Of a DNA stretch of 39,609 bases, positions 6,186 to 14,096 are shown piece by piece. Positions within the stretch are counted from its first letter, which is position 1; each line of letters begins with the position of its first letter. Made by a program: the position numbers and the translations under genes. The stretch lies in the IMG/VR virus record IMGVR_UViG_3300008055_000088; one strand, written 5' to 3'. The notes beneath the pieces were generated by a model that saw nothing but the letters and a program-made list of their open reading frames with translations, was not told where the DNA came from and did not search any database. Source of the stretch: a virus.

Positions 6186-6753
6186 CGTTAACATCGCAGT
6201 TGTCAGGCATGAACACGGGGAATACATTGTCCAATTCTCTTGAGAGGGTCTTTGCCATCTCTTTACCTGCGTTATCACCATCACAAAACAACATAATCTT
6301 TTCCCAGTCTGCAAGAACACGAGAGTAAAATGGTTTCCAGTTGTTAGCCCCAGGCAATCCCACTGCTGAGAAGCCAACTTGTGTAGCGATGATGGTGTCT
6401 AATTCACCCTCGCATATCACAAGGAAATCTGTATCACTACTAAGCGCATCAACATTGTAAATGTGTGTGCTTGCTCCAGGTCTTGATAGATACTTCGGAC
6501 CGCTATCGTTGTTTAAACTACGGAAACGAATATCAATCACACCCGATGGAGTGAGGTATGGGATAGCCAACTTACCGAGGTAAGGTTCATGTCCTGCTTC
6601 AGGATTCGCCACGAATCCGAGGCGGAACATACGCGCCGTTTGCTCCGTTATACCGCGATTCATTAGGTAAGGCAACGCTTCTCCTAGGCTTGTTGCGTAG
6701 TTCTCCGTTGCTTTCGCCAGTAATTCTCTCTGCGATTTTGAGAGCCTTGCCAT
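6133..6753 (-). CDS. DNA primase, TOPRIM/catalytic part (DnaG-like)
   Basis: Motifs ICEGELDTI, GLPGANNW and FCDGDNAGKE. Strong SD AAGGAG 7 nt upstream of ATG 6753. The stop TAA lies inside GTTTAAAC 6131..6138. Confidence 0.8.
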   Translation of the reverse strand: MARLSKSQRELLAKATENYATSLGEALPYLMNRGITEQTARMFRLGFVANPEAGHEPYLGKLAIPYLTPSGVIDIRFRSLNNDSGPKYLSRPGASTHIYNVDALSSDTDFLVICEGELDTIIATQVGFSAVGLPGANNWKPFYSRVLADWEKIMLFCDGDNAGKEMAKTLSRELDNVFPVFMPDNCDVNDVFLTEGAEGLRKRVGV

Positions 6754-6997
6754 AATCCACTCCTTCTTTTTTCATGATTAATGAATACACATCTCCTGCC
6801 ATGTCGCAGGCAAAACATCTGAAGCCACCATTGTCTATGTTTAAACGAGCCGACTTCACATGGTCATTGTGAAAAGCGCAACGAATTGATTGCCACCCTC
6901 CACGATTCTGAGGAATTACAAATCCGTAATGCTCAAGTACTTTAACTATGCTGTGTTTAGAGGTTGGGGAGGACATCACTGAGTTTCTGAACGACAT
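6599..6997 (-). CDS. DNA primase zinc-finger (CHC2-type) protein
   Basis: CAFHNDHVKSARLNIDNGGFRCFACDMAGDVYSLIM matches the CHC2 zinc-finger pattern. The ATG 6997 (GGTGA upstream) is preferred to the GTG 7006. Confidence 0.75.
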   Translation of the reverse strand: MSFRNSVMSSPTSKHSIVKVLEHYGFVIPQNRGGWQSIRCAFHNDHVKSARLNIDNGGFRCFACDMAGDVYSLIMKKEGVDYGKALKIAERITGESNGELRNKPRRSVALPNESRYNGANGAYVPPRIRGES

Positions 6998-7322
6998 AGG
7001 CTTCACCTGTCCCTTTGTTGCTTGCCTTGATAATCACCAATGGTGTAGGCGCAACTGTCAATCGCTTTGCAATACGGTAGTTCTCTGCCTCAATCTCAGA
7101 CTCACGAATCCAACCACTCAAATCAATGCGACCATCACGGCGTGGAGCCTTGGCTTCCACCACATAAATACCATTGACTCCAGGAACAAACACATCACCA
7201 ATGTCATTACGACCAGCACGAGGTAAACGCTGTGCGTTTAAACCTTGTTGCATAAAGAAATCAGCAAGGTCTATTTCCCATGCAGCACCCCTACGCTTGT
7301 TGGCTACTTGCTGACTTGGCAT
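6957..7322 (-). CDS. PD-(D/E)XK-type nuclease, possible Holliday-junction resolvase
   Basis: Pattern G-AAWE...GRNDIGDV...YVVEAKA. ATG 7322 with GGAG upstream is preferred to the longer track ORF. Confidence 0.55.
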   Translation of the reverse strand: MPSQQVANKRRGAAWEIDLADFFMQQGLNAQRLPRAGRNDIGDVFVPGVNGIYVVEAKAPRRDGRIDLSGWIRESEIEAENYRIAKRLTVAPTPLVIIKASNKGTGEAYVVQKLSDVLPNL

Positions 7323-8034
7323 CGCGTTCTCTCCTCTCTGCTGCCTCTGCTGCTGCCCAATACAGGTTGTAATAGGCTTCATCAAAAGCAAATCGTTTCA
7401 TGTGTTTAGCAAGCACACCAGTATGGGCATGAACAGGTATACCTGCAGCCTTTACCTTTCGGAAGAAAGAAATATCTTCACCGATAAATTTCTCTCCTCG
7501 TTCGTTGTTCTCGCCAAACCAAAACTGGTCAGGGAACTTATCGTTTAAACCCTTGAGTATGCTCTTGTGCATCAGCACTAAACCCATGCCTGCATTATCA
7601 ACCTTTACTATCTGATTCTTAGGTAGAGGATGAAGATAACTAATCTCATACTCATTGCCAGTTTCATTAAAGACACAAGGCATAGGCTGCATGAGTGAGC
7701 CTTCCATCTGCTTAGAGATGAAATAAACACCGCTTACTATAGGTCGGGCTACCTTGTCAGCAGCATCCCATAGACTCTTTAACATCTCTTTGGTTAAGAC
7801 AATATCTGAATCAACCCACAGCGCCCAATCGGTATTGACCTGCTGCCACATCTCAATGGCTGCTTGTCTTTGTCGGGCAATCTGATTACCTTGAACACGA
7901 ACAGCATTATTAACTGGCACACCAACGGATGCTGCATGTATCAGTGTATAAACCAAGCCCTCAGTAAACTTGCCATCAGTGGTGCCATTGTCGCACCAAA
8001 TAATGGAAAGCATTTCTTTATTACTATGCGCCAT
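7291..8034 (-). CDS. GT-A fold (family-2-like) glycosyltransferase
   Basis: N-terminal beta-strand LSIIWCDNG and a DxD-type motif WVDSDI. Size is consistent. Family assignment is from motif only. Confidence 0.5.
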   Translation of the reverse strand: MAHSNKEMLSIIWCDNGTTDGKFTEGLVYTLIHAASVGVPVNNAVRVQGNQIARQRQAAIEMWQQVNTDWALWVDSDIVLTKEMLKSLWDAADKVARPIVSGVYFISKQMEGSLMQPMPCVFNETGNEYEISYLHPLPKNQIVKVDNAGMGLVLMHKSILKGLNDKFPDQFWFGENNERGEKFIGEDISFFRKVKAAGIPVHAHTGVLAKHMKRFAFDEAYYNLYWAAAEAAERRERDAKSASSQQA

Positions 8035-8440
8035 GTTTCATACTCTTTTCTGAATTGTCTAAAATTTTCATTGCATGTTCGGCTAACTCTTTAAAGTTCT
8101 CCGACATAATAATTAACTTTCCTGCGATTTCTTCTCGGCACTCTCCTCCGTGTTCTTCCCCGAGATGAGTAGCAAGTTGCGCCACATAGTCAGCAAACTG
8201 GATTGACTCAAACCAGATGGCGGAAGGGTTGAAGATTTTATTTGTCGTTTCATCAACAAATTCCACAAAGTTTGGGAGTTCATTTATCAGTGCTTCCTTT
8301 ATTACTTCGGGTAGTTTTGCTTGGAGTATCGCCTCCTCCACCATCTTCGGTGTAACTGACAGTTCCTCCACTGAAAAGTGTTTCATGTTGTTCTTGGGTG
8401 AGTTCTTTGAACCGCCCTGTTTCTTTCTCCTGCCAAACAT
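8024..8440 (-). CDS. Hypothetical protein (138 aa)
   Basis: ATG 8440 with GGAG 7 nt upstream. Helical, acidic sequence. Confidence 0.6.
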   Translation of the reverse strand: MFGRRKKQGGSKNSPKNNMKHFSVEELSVTPKMVEEAILQAKLPEVIKEALINELPNFVEFVDETTNKIFNPSAIWFESIQFADYVAQLATHLGEEHGGECREEIAGKLIIMSENFKELAEHAMKILDNSEKSMKHGA

Positions 8441-8612
8441 AAGTTCTCCATCCCACTGTCCAAGTAAAATTCTTAGGTATAAACATTAACTGCGCTTTCA
8501 TATCTGTAATCAGTGTCTTAGTAGGCACGACTACATCCTCGCTGTCCACTGAGCCTACTACTTCGCCCATGTTTTCAACTACTCGTAGTTCCCAGTTAGT
8601 ATCTTTTGTCAT
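8280..8612 (-). CDS. Hypothetical protein (110 aa); 3' 160 nt overlap the next gene out of frame
   Basis: ORF-track entry. Only the part 8441..8612 is unique, so the true end is uncertain. Confidence 0.45.
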   Translation of the reverse strand: MTKDTNWELRVVENMGEVVGSVDSEDVVVPTKTLITDMKAQLMFIPKNFTWTVGWRTYVWQEKETGRFKELTQEQHETLFSGGTVSYTEDGGGGDTPSKTTRSNKGSTDK

Positions 8613-8625
8613 TTATTTCCTTTCA

Positions 8626-9405
8626 TTACGGTGCAACTAAATCTTTAATCTGCATACTTGCAGGGTCATAAGCAAGCCATACTGGTGTTGCGCCATTGGC
8701 ATCGGCTGGTCCATATCGGTTCTTCACAGCACAGACACCCATTGATGCAAGTTGTCCATGAACTGTAAGTATTAATGATGGAGTCTGAGCAATTTTTCCA
8801 TGCAGTGCAGAGCGTGGTGGGCAAGGATTGCCATTAACGCCTTCACTTGTATGGTGGCAAACAACAACAGCAGCGCCAGTATCTCTAGCCCACCACTTGA
8901 GTTCACGCATGAGAGTGCGTAATCCGCCCCACTCATCTTGTCCATCAAGGGTTACATCTACAGCGTTATCAAGCACGATAAGTTCAACATCTTTACCAAG
9001 TCGCTCACGAGATGCAAGGATTGCATCCTCAATATCTTTAAGCGTAGGTGCTGAATCAAACTCCCACATGATGTGGTCAGCAGGCTTGAGCATTTGTGCT
9101 GCCCACTCCCTATCTGCTTCCATCATTGGTTCAACTTCTGCTTGTGACCTACCAGTTAACATCGCAAGCAAACGCAAACTCATAGTATGAGAGTGTGTAT
9201 CTGCCGAGATGTAAAGTGTTGGTACTTGCACATGCACTGCAAGTGACAGAGCAAGTGTTGATTTACCAGCCCCTGGAGGACCAGCAATCATGCTCACCTC
9301 GCCCCGTCTAAACGCTATTTGCTGCTCAAGCAGAGAGCGCCACACTGTTGGCAGTGTTGCACCCCCTGCTGATGCAGTACGAATAGCGCGAGATAAGAGG
9401 CGCAT
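8626..9405 (-). CDS. DnaB-like / RecA-fold replicative helicase (ATPase domain)
   Basis: Walker A GPPGAGKST and Walker B LIVLDNAVD. Sits in a primase-proximal replication module. Confidence 0.7.
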   Translation of the reverse strand: MRLLSRAIRTASAGGATLPTVWRSLLEQQIAFRRGEVSMIAGPPGAGKSTLALSLAVHVQVPTLYISADTHSHTMSLRLLAMLTGRSQAEVEPMMEADREWAAQMLKPADHIMWEFDSAPTLKDIEDAILASRERLGKDVELIVLDNAVDVTLDGQDEWGGLRTLMRELKWWARDTGAAVVVCHHTSEGVNGNPCPPRSALHGKIAQTPSLILTVHGQLASMGVCAVKNRYGPADANGATPVWLAYDPASMQIKDLVAP

Positions 9406-9408
9406 GAA

Positions 9409-9801
9409 CTATACGGTTACTTTGTTTTGGCAAGCCTGTCCCTGTGGTTTAGGGCAAGCGTAGAACGCCTTATATGGGCGACCTGTTGCCTTAGCAATAC
9501 CTGCTGGTACAAAGCGCATAGGTCCACTACCACAAGAACAATCAGGCGCTCCTGTTGCAGGTGCTGCTTGAGTTGGGCGTGGTACCGCAGTGGTACCTTG
9601 TATTGGTACTGAATTTGGGAAAGCATCCTTGACAACTGCCATACCTTCAACAGTTTTCTCAAGGTCAACTAACGCAGCAATGCGCTGTGTAAGTTGGTCA
9701 AGCAATAAATCAAGTTCAGCACCATCTTGGGCACGAAGGTTAATCAACATGCCATCTTTCTTGGTCTTGAAGTTAATTTGGATTGGTGTGTTCTCACTCA
9801 T
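9409..9801 (-). CDS. Hypothetical DNA-binding protein with a C-terminal Zn-ribbon (topoisomerase C4 / GRF-like)
   Basis: CSCGSGPMRFVPAGIAKATGRPYKAFYACPKPQGQAC at the C-terminus. Pro/Ala linker. Replication-module context. Confidence 0.5.
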   Translation of the reverse strand: MSENTPIQINFKTKKDGMLINLRAQDGAELDLLLDQLTQRIAALVDLEKTVEGMAVVKDAFPNSVPIQGTTAVPRPTQAAPATGAPDCSCGSGPMRFVPAGIAKATGRPYKAFYACPKPQGQACQNKVTV

Positions 9802-10627
9802 CTGTATCTCCTAGTTCGGGGTATTTATGTGATTCGGAACCATTTACTGCATAGCAAGCATGATTAACAGAACATGTACCGCACATAAATCCTGGTTGCG
9901 GTATGAATATGTTGTTGTCAACAGCAATCTTAAAGCCTTTAACCTGTGAGGCTAAACGCTTTTCAGTGTAGTGTGTTAAGTCTACTGGTTCAGTTAACTC
10001 ACCAGTACGAGCCATGAAGTAAGCACCCTTAACAGGGCGAATACCCATAGCCTTCTCGCACATAATCGCGTATGTGCCTAGTTGTGTATAGGTAACGGGT
10101 GGTTTACTAGAAGTCTTTATGTCCACAACAATTAGTTCACCAGCAGGTGAAACCATAAGTCGGTCCAAAAATCCTTTCATTAATACACCACCGATTTCTA
10201 CATTAAGTTCAGTTTCAATGGCGAACTCACCACCTGATAATTGATATGGCTGGTATCCACTATCTTGTCGGAACTGAATCCAAAAATCCACCATCTTGGG
10301 TCCATTTTCCAACCACCATGATGCATCCTCTTTGTTGGGATACGCCTTAGTAGCCCTGCCACCAGCACGGAACGGCATGCCGTTGTCAGCAAGACGATAG
10401 TTCTCCTCCCATCGTGCAGTAAATACTGCAGTAGGGTCAAAGTTATCGGGATTTGTGTCGTATATCTCTGTCGCTTCATGTAAAGATTTACCCCCTACAA
10501 GCCAGTAGGATGGGTTCTCAGCGACTTTCTGTATGCGGGTCAGGTAATATGCCCAGCCACAATTAAGCCATGAACTCATGGCACTGTGGGAGATATAGCC
10601 TTTCCCAGTCTTTTCTTCAAGTGTCAT
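9794..10627 (-). CDS. Cas4/RecB-like PD-(D/E)XK exonuclease with a Fe-S Cys cluster
   Basis: N-terminal Cys (WLNCGWAYYL), VVDIKTS (D/E-x-K), QLGTYA, and C-terminal CGTCSVNHAC. Confidence 0.8.
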   Translation of the reverse strand: MTLEEKTGKGYISHSAMSSWLNCGWAYYLTRIQKVAENPSYWLVGGKSLHEATEIYDTNPDNFDPTAVFTARWEENYRLADNGMPFRAGGRATKAYPNKEDASWWLENGPKMVDFWIQFRQDSGYQPYQLSGGEFAIETELNVEIGGVLMKGFLDRLMVSPAGELIVVDIKTSSKPPVTYTQLGTYAIMCEKAMGIRPVKGAYFMARTGELTEPVDLTHYTEKRLASQVKGFKIAVDNNIFIPQPGFMCGTCSVNHACYAVNGSESHKYPELGDTDE

Positions 10628-10752
10628 ATTTCTCCTTTGCAGGGGCGAGTGTATATGTACCTCACTCCTCTATTCGGCGACACGCCGAGAGAACTACAAG
10701 GTTGTAATTAAAAAATCAGTATACTCCTGTTCGTGCAGAACGGGCTAAGTGT

Positions 10753-10968
10753 ATGAGTTTGCTGAAGCGTAAGCGGAAGCAAAGCCAATTAAAGCACAGT
10801 TATCGTGGTATTCCCACTCATGTATGTCCTTGCGGTTCTCAACTTTTTAAAGTCGCGTGCATGTTTGAGGATGGCGAGATTGCAATGTGGTTTACTGAAG
10901 CAGAGTGTGCCTTATGTGGCGCTGAATTGACAGCCCCAACTCCGCTTGATAAAGTTGAAACGCTATAG
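10753..10968 (+). CDS. Small Zn-ribbon protein (71 aa), isolated rightward gene
   Basis: CPCG...CALCG motifs. The only + strand ORF between 4077 and 38684. Followed by its own terminator. Confidence 0.55.
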   Translation: MSLLKRKRKQSQLKHSYRGIPTHVCPCGSQLFKVACMFEDGEIAMWFTEAECALCGAELTAPTPLDKVETL

Positions 10969-11010
10969 CACTTGGGGAAGTGTTGTAGTGGTACTACTCC
11001 TTATCAGACA

Positions 11011-11068
11011 AAAACAAAAAAGCCCCCGCTCATCAAGAAATTTCTTGACGGCGGGGGTTCTTTTGTTT
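11011..11068. terminator. Bidirectional rho-independent terminator
   Basis: A-run, then CCCCCGC (11023..11029), an inner palindrome TCAAGAAATTTCTTGA, GCGGGGG (11051..11057) and a T-run. Convergent genes lie on both sides. GTTTAAAC follows at 11065. Confidence 0.8.
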
Positions 11069-11081
11069 AAACAGTATTAAG

Positions 11082-11267
11082 TTATTTTACTCTACCGAAT
11101 TCGGCAGCCGATGGGTCCAACCACTTCAACACAGGACCAAGGAAACCCGCAAGGGCAGCCACTCCTAGTGTTTTAATGTCTGTTTCACCAGCGAGGTAGA
11201 GTGCGATTGCAGCAGATGCTGCAGCACGGAACCAGGTTAGCGATACTTGCTTTAGTTGTTCCAGCAT
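11082..11267 (-). CDS. Holin-like small membrane protein
   Basis: Two hydrophobic segments. Immediately downstream of the endolysin. Confidence 0.5.
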   Translation of the reverse strand: MLEQLKQVSLTWFRAAASAAIALYLAGETDIKTLGVAALAGFLGPVLKWLDPSAAEFGRVK

Positions 11268-11798
11268 TTATTTACCTTTCTTGTTTGCCAAACCATGTAC
11301 CTTGCAACAAGTACATACCAATACTTCAGCCTTGGCAGGCTTTTTCTTAGGTGCTGAACCGATGGCTTCTGCCACTATTTGCTTGGCTAGGCTTGGTTGA
11401 TTCTTCCACCAAAACCAAGGGCTGGTATCGCCAGCGTACTCAGGTCTGATAGAAACATGGAGGTGTTTTGTATGCGGATTTTGACCCGTATACTTTCGGT
11501 CACCTTGCTTTGCATGTTGGCGTGACCAAATCTTACTATTGAATATGAGATAACTAACTCTGTTATCTTCTTTGAGGCGTTGAAAAATATCTGAACAGTC
11601 AATACCGTTCTTTGGGTCATGGGTTAAATCTACCGCAAGACCTGTGTTGTGGTCTGAGTTAGGACTTAGTGCCAAATGTGCAATGGAAGGGAGTAAACCG
11701 TCTGATGCTTTCTTGCGTAGGGGGGCAAGAGCAGTCGCCTGGCGTAGCATGGACAATGCAGCAGGGCTGGCAGACTTTGCAACTTTGGGTTTGGTCAT
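11268..11798 (-). CDS. Endolysin, LAS-superfamily (M15-like) zinc peptidase
   Basis: H-x6-D (DHNTGLAVD) and H-x-H (HLHVS) metal-ligand signature. Flanked by two small membrane proteins. Confidence 0.6.
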   Translation of the reverse strand: MTKPKVAKSASPAALSMLRQATALAPLRKKASDGLLPSIAHLALSPNSDHNTGLAVDLTHDPKNGIDCSDIFQRLKEDNRVSYLIFNSKIWSRQHAKQGDRKYTGQNPHTKHLHVSIRPEYAGDTSPWFWWKNQPSLAKQIVAEAIGSAPKKKPAKAEVLVCTCCKVHGLANKKGK

Positions 11799-11801
11799 CG
11801 C

Positions 11802-12005
11802 TCATTTCCTCAATAGTTCTTTGACTAAATCAGTTAATAGGTCAACTTTATCTTCTAGTAAATTAACTTTATCTTTAAGGCTAGAACCACCATTGGGTCT
11901 TAATTCATATAGGTAATGCTTGACCATCCAGCGCACAGCGCCAGCAAGTCCAGCAACTAAAGTTAATATGGCTACGGCTAAGCCAGCCCAATCAGCAGGT
12001 GTCAT
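11802..12005 (-). CDS. Lysis-associated membrane protein (N-terminal TM plus coiled coil)
   Basis: TM segment WAGLAVAILTLVAGLAGAV, then LKDKVNLLEDKVDLLTDLV. First gene of the lysis cassette. Confidence 0.5.
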   Translation of the reverse strand: MTPADWAGLAVAILTLVAGLAGAVRWMVKHYLYELRPNGGSSLKDKVNLLEDKVDLLTDLVKELLRK

Positions 12006-12023
12006 GTTCTTATCCTTATATGT

Positions 12024-13994
12024 TTAAACGACAGTACGAGCAGTAATCTGGAGAATTCCACCGTAGCCTGAGAAAGCGCCATCAGATGGACTTGTGCGGG
12101 TAAAAGTTACCTGCTCAATCACTGCCTCTGTTGGTTCTCCACCAGCAGTAAAATCTTGGATGATGATTGTTTCGCCTTGTGCTTCCATTTGTTCTAAGGC
12201 TTGGAGTCTACCGAGCGCATAACCTGGGAAACCCATAATGTTTTTATGGCGGTCACGCTCGGAATCAAAACAAAAGACAGGAAACTGAACAACACGAGCG
12301 CGGGTAGGAGTAGGCAAAGCCTTAACAGAGTAACCGTAAATAATAGCGCCAGTCGTGGCAGTCGTATCGTTACGATTGAGGCGGAACTTAAATTGCGCTT
12401 CAACATTAACATCCTCATAAACGGAGGATAAGTCATAGTCATAGTCCTCTGTGCTTCCTTGGGTTACAGTACGAAAGGCTGAATCCACTCCATTATCAAC
12501 GCGGAAAATATCAATATCACCTTGCAATGTTCCTTCGGTGCGTAGTTTTATACGCTTCCATGCTTTGTTTTCAAGAGTTTCATAACGGATAATACCTGTT
12601 GTTAATTCACCTGATTCAACTAATTCTGTAGCATGTTCAATGAATAAGCCATCACCATTAACACAGAAGGCTAAGCGCCCAGTAATAGTAAGTGCTACAC
12701 CTTCTACTTTACCTGTTACGCTTTCAGCATATACATCAGTTGCATAAGCATATCCACCATTTTGCAGTGGTTGACCTAAATCAACTCGGTAAATTCCAGA
12801 GTAGCCACCAATACCAGAGTCAACTCCAGCATATATGTATGAGCCAGTAGCACTCATTTTGAATACACCAAGTGAGGTTTTAAATACAAGCGGTCCATAG
12901 GACAAATCGCCAACCTCATTAGCAATAGCAACACGCAAGCCTTGGCTAGTGCCAAGGATTACATAGGTTCCTAAGTAGCCAAGTAGTCCAGTAATCTGCT
13001 CATCATTAGGAAGCGAAATGACAGTAGTCATTGTATTTAGCGTTCCATCATTAGCAACAGTTATTTTAAATACACTGCCTTGATTACCAGAAAATCCACC
13101 TACATAGATTGCTGCACCTGATTCAGCAACGGCTCTAAAAGTATATGCAGTAGGTAGTGTAGTACTACCGTTAACTGCAGTAAGAGTGCTTAGGTTTATG
13201 GATGAGCCAGTGTTTTTATTTATTTCATACACAAATGTATTGTTAGCAGTGTTATGAAAAGCAAGTATAAAACGATTCTTAACATATCCAATAGTGCCAT
13301 GAACTGCATCAGCAGTGTTGATTGCATAATCCTGATGTATGGCAGGGGAAGTTGCATCAAAGGAATAGCGCCAAACCTTTGTGGGGGTAACCATCATTAG
13401 GTCATTACCGCCCATGGTTACAGCAATAATACTTTCAGTAATGTCGGTGTTAGTTAGTATTGTACTTTCTGTTAAATCGCTTACTCTAATGCGAACCACG
13501 CGAGCAGCCTCAGTAGATGCGTACTTAACCAAGATTAGATATTCAACGCCACCAATTACCGTATTAAAAACACGGCTATCTCCTGTTGCTGCTTCTTGTA
13601 ATACTGTTCTACGCAGCAAAGATATTTGTCCAGGAGTCCAAGGGTTAATACCTATTGAATCATAGAAACGAAAGCGTGCTTCTTCTAGCGTGCCAATTAT
13701 AGGTTCCTGATAGGTAGAGCCTGCACCAAGATGAAATGATGATTGGCTTCTAATCCAGTAGCCAGAACCAGAAAGCGACTGCTCGCCTGGGTCACGGAGT
13801 TGGTCCACACGCTGAGTACGAAACTCTGCAGTCTGCCTACGGTATGGAGTGTTATCAGTAATGGCATAGATGAAAGGCATACCACCGATAGCAACATCGT
13901 ATTTATAGGTAGTTGGGTCGTAGTATGCAGAGATGCGACCCGATAGGTCAATGATTACGCGTTCGGATATATCAGGTGGTCTACTGCCTGCCAT
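12024..13994 (-). CDS. Large tail-associated structural protein (656 aa)
   Basis: Position at the end of the tail-fibre block. Beta-rich sequence. The stop TAA lies inside GTTTAAAC 12022..12029. Confidence 0.6.
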   Translation of the reverse strand: MAGSRPPDISERVIIDLSGRISAYYDPTTYKYDVAIGGMPFIYAITDNTPYRRQTAEFRTQRVDQLRDPGEQSLSGSGYWIRSQSSFHLGAGSTYQEPIIGTLEEARFRFYDSIGINPWTPGQISLLRRTVLQEAATGDSRVFNTVIGGVEYLILVKYASTEAARVVRIRVSDLTESTILTNTDITESIIAVTMGGNDLMMVTPTKVWRYSFDATSPAIHQDYAINTADAVHGTIGYVKNRFILAFHNTANNTFVYEINKNTGSSINLSTLTAVNGSTTLPTAYTFRAVAESGAAIYVGGFSGNQGSVFKITVANDGTLNTMTTVISLPNDEQITGLLGYLGTYVILGTSQGLRVAIANEVGDLSYGPLVFKTSLGVFKMSATGSYIYAGVDSGIGGYSGIYRVDLGQPLQNGGYAYATDVYAESVTGKVEGVALTITGRLAFCVNGDGLFIEHATELVESGELTTGIIRYETLENKAWKRIKLRTEGTLQGDIDIFRVDNGVDSAFRTVTQGSTEDYDYDLSSVYEDVNVEAQFKFRLNRNDTTATTGAIIYGYSVKALPTPTRARVVQFPVFCFDSERDRHKNIMGFPGYALGRLQALEQMEAQGETIIIQDFTAGGEPTEAVIEQVTFTRTSPSDGAFSGYGGILQITARTVV

Positions 13995-14096
13995 GTTGCT
14001 CCTTAAATACTAGCGTTTCTGCTGTGTCAATATGGTCATCTATGTCTTTAAAGATAGGGAATATGTCGCTTACTAGGCTCATTGTCCCCTACTTTC

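Noticed and set aside
5640-6377. Full-length 245-aa track ORF
   Set aside because: Its first ~65..80 codons overlap the TOPRIM gene out of frame and are Cys/Trp/Thr-rich junk. The ORF is trimmed to a start at 6185, or possibly 6140.
6599-6753. Programmed frameshift fusing the two primase ORFs
   Set aside because: The required shift is +1 with no obvious slippery site, and the downstream ORF has a strong AAGGAG-N7-ATG. Two separate genes, or an assembly indel, are more likely. It is kept as a finding to verify.
9417-11620. Nested track ORFs (9417..9668, 9427..9612, 10198..10479, 11387..11620 and similar short ORFs inside larger genes elsewhere)
   Set aside because: They lie wholly inside longer, motif-supported genes in other frames or on the other strand, and have no independent signals.
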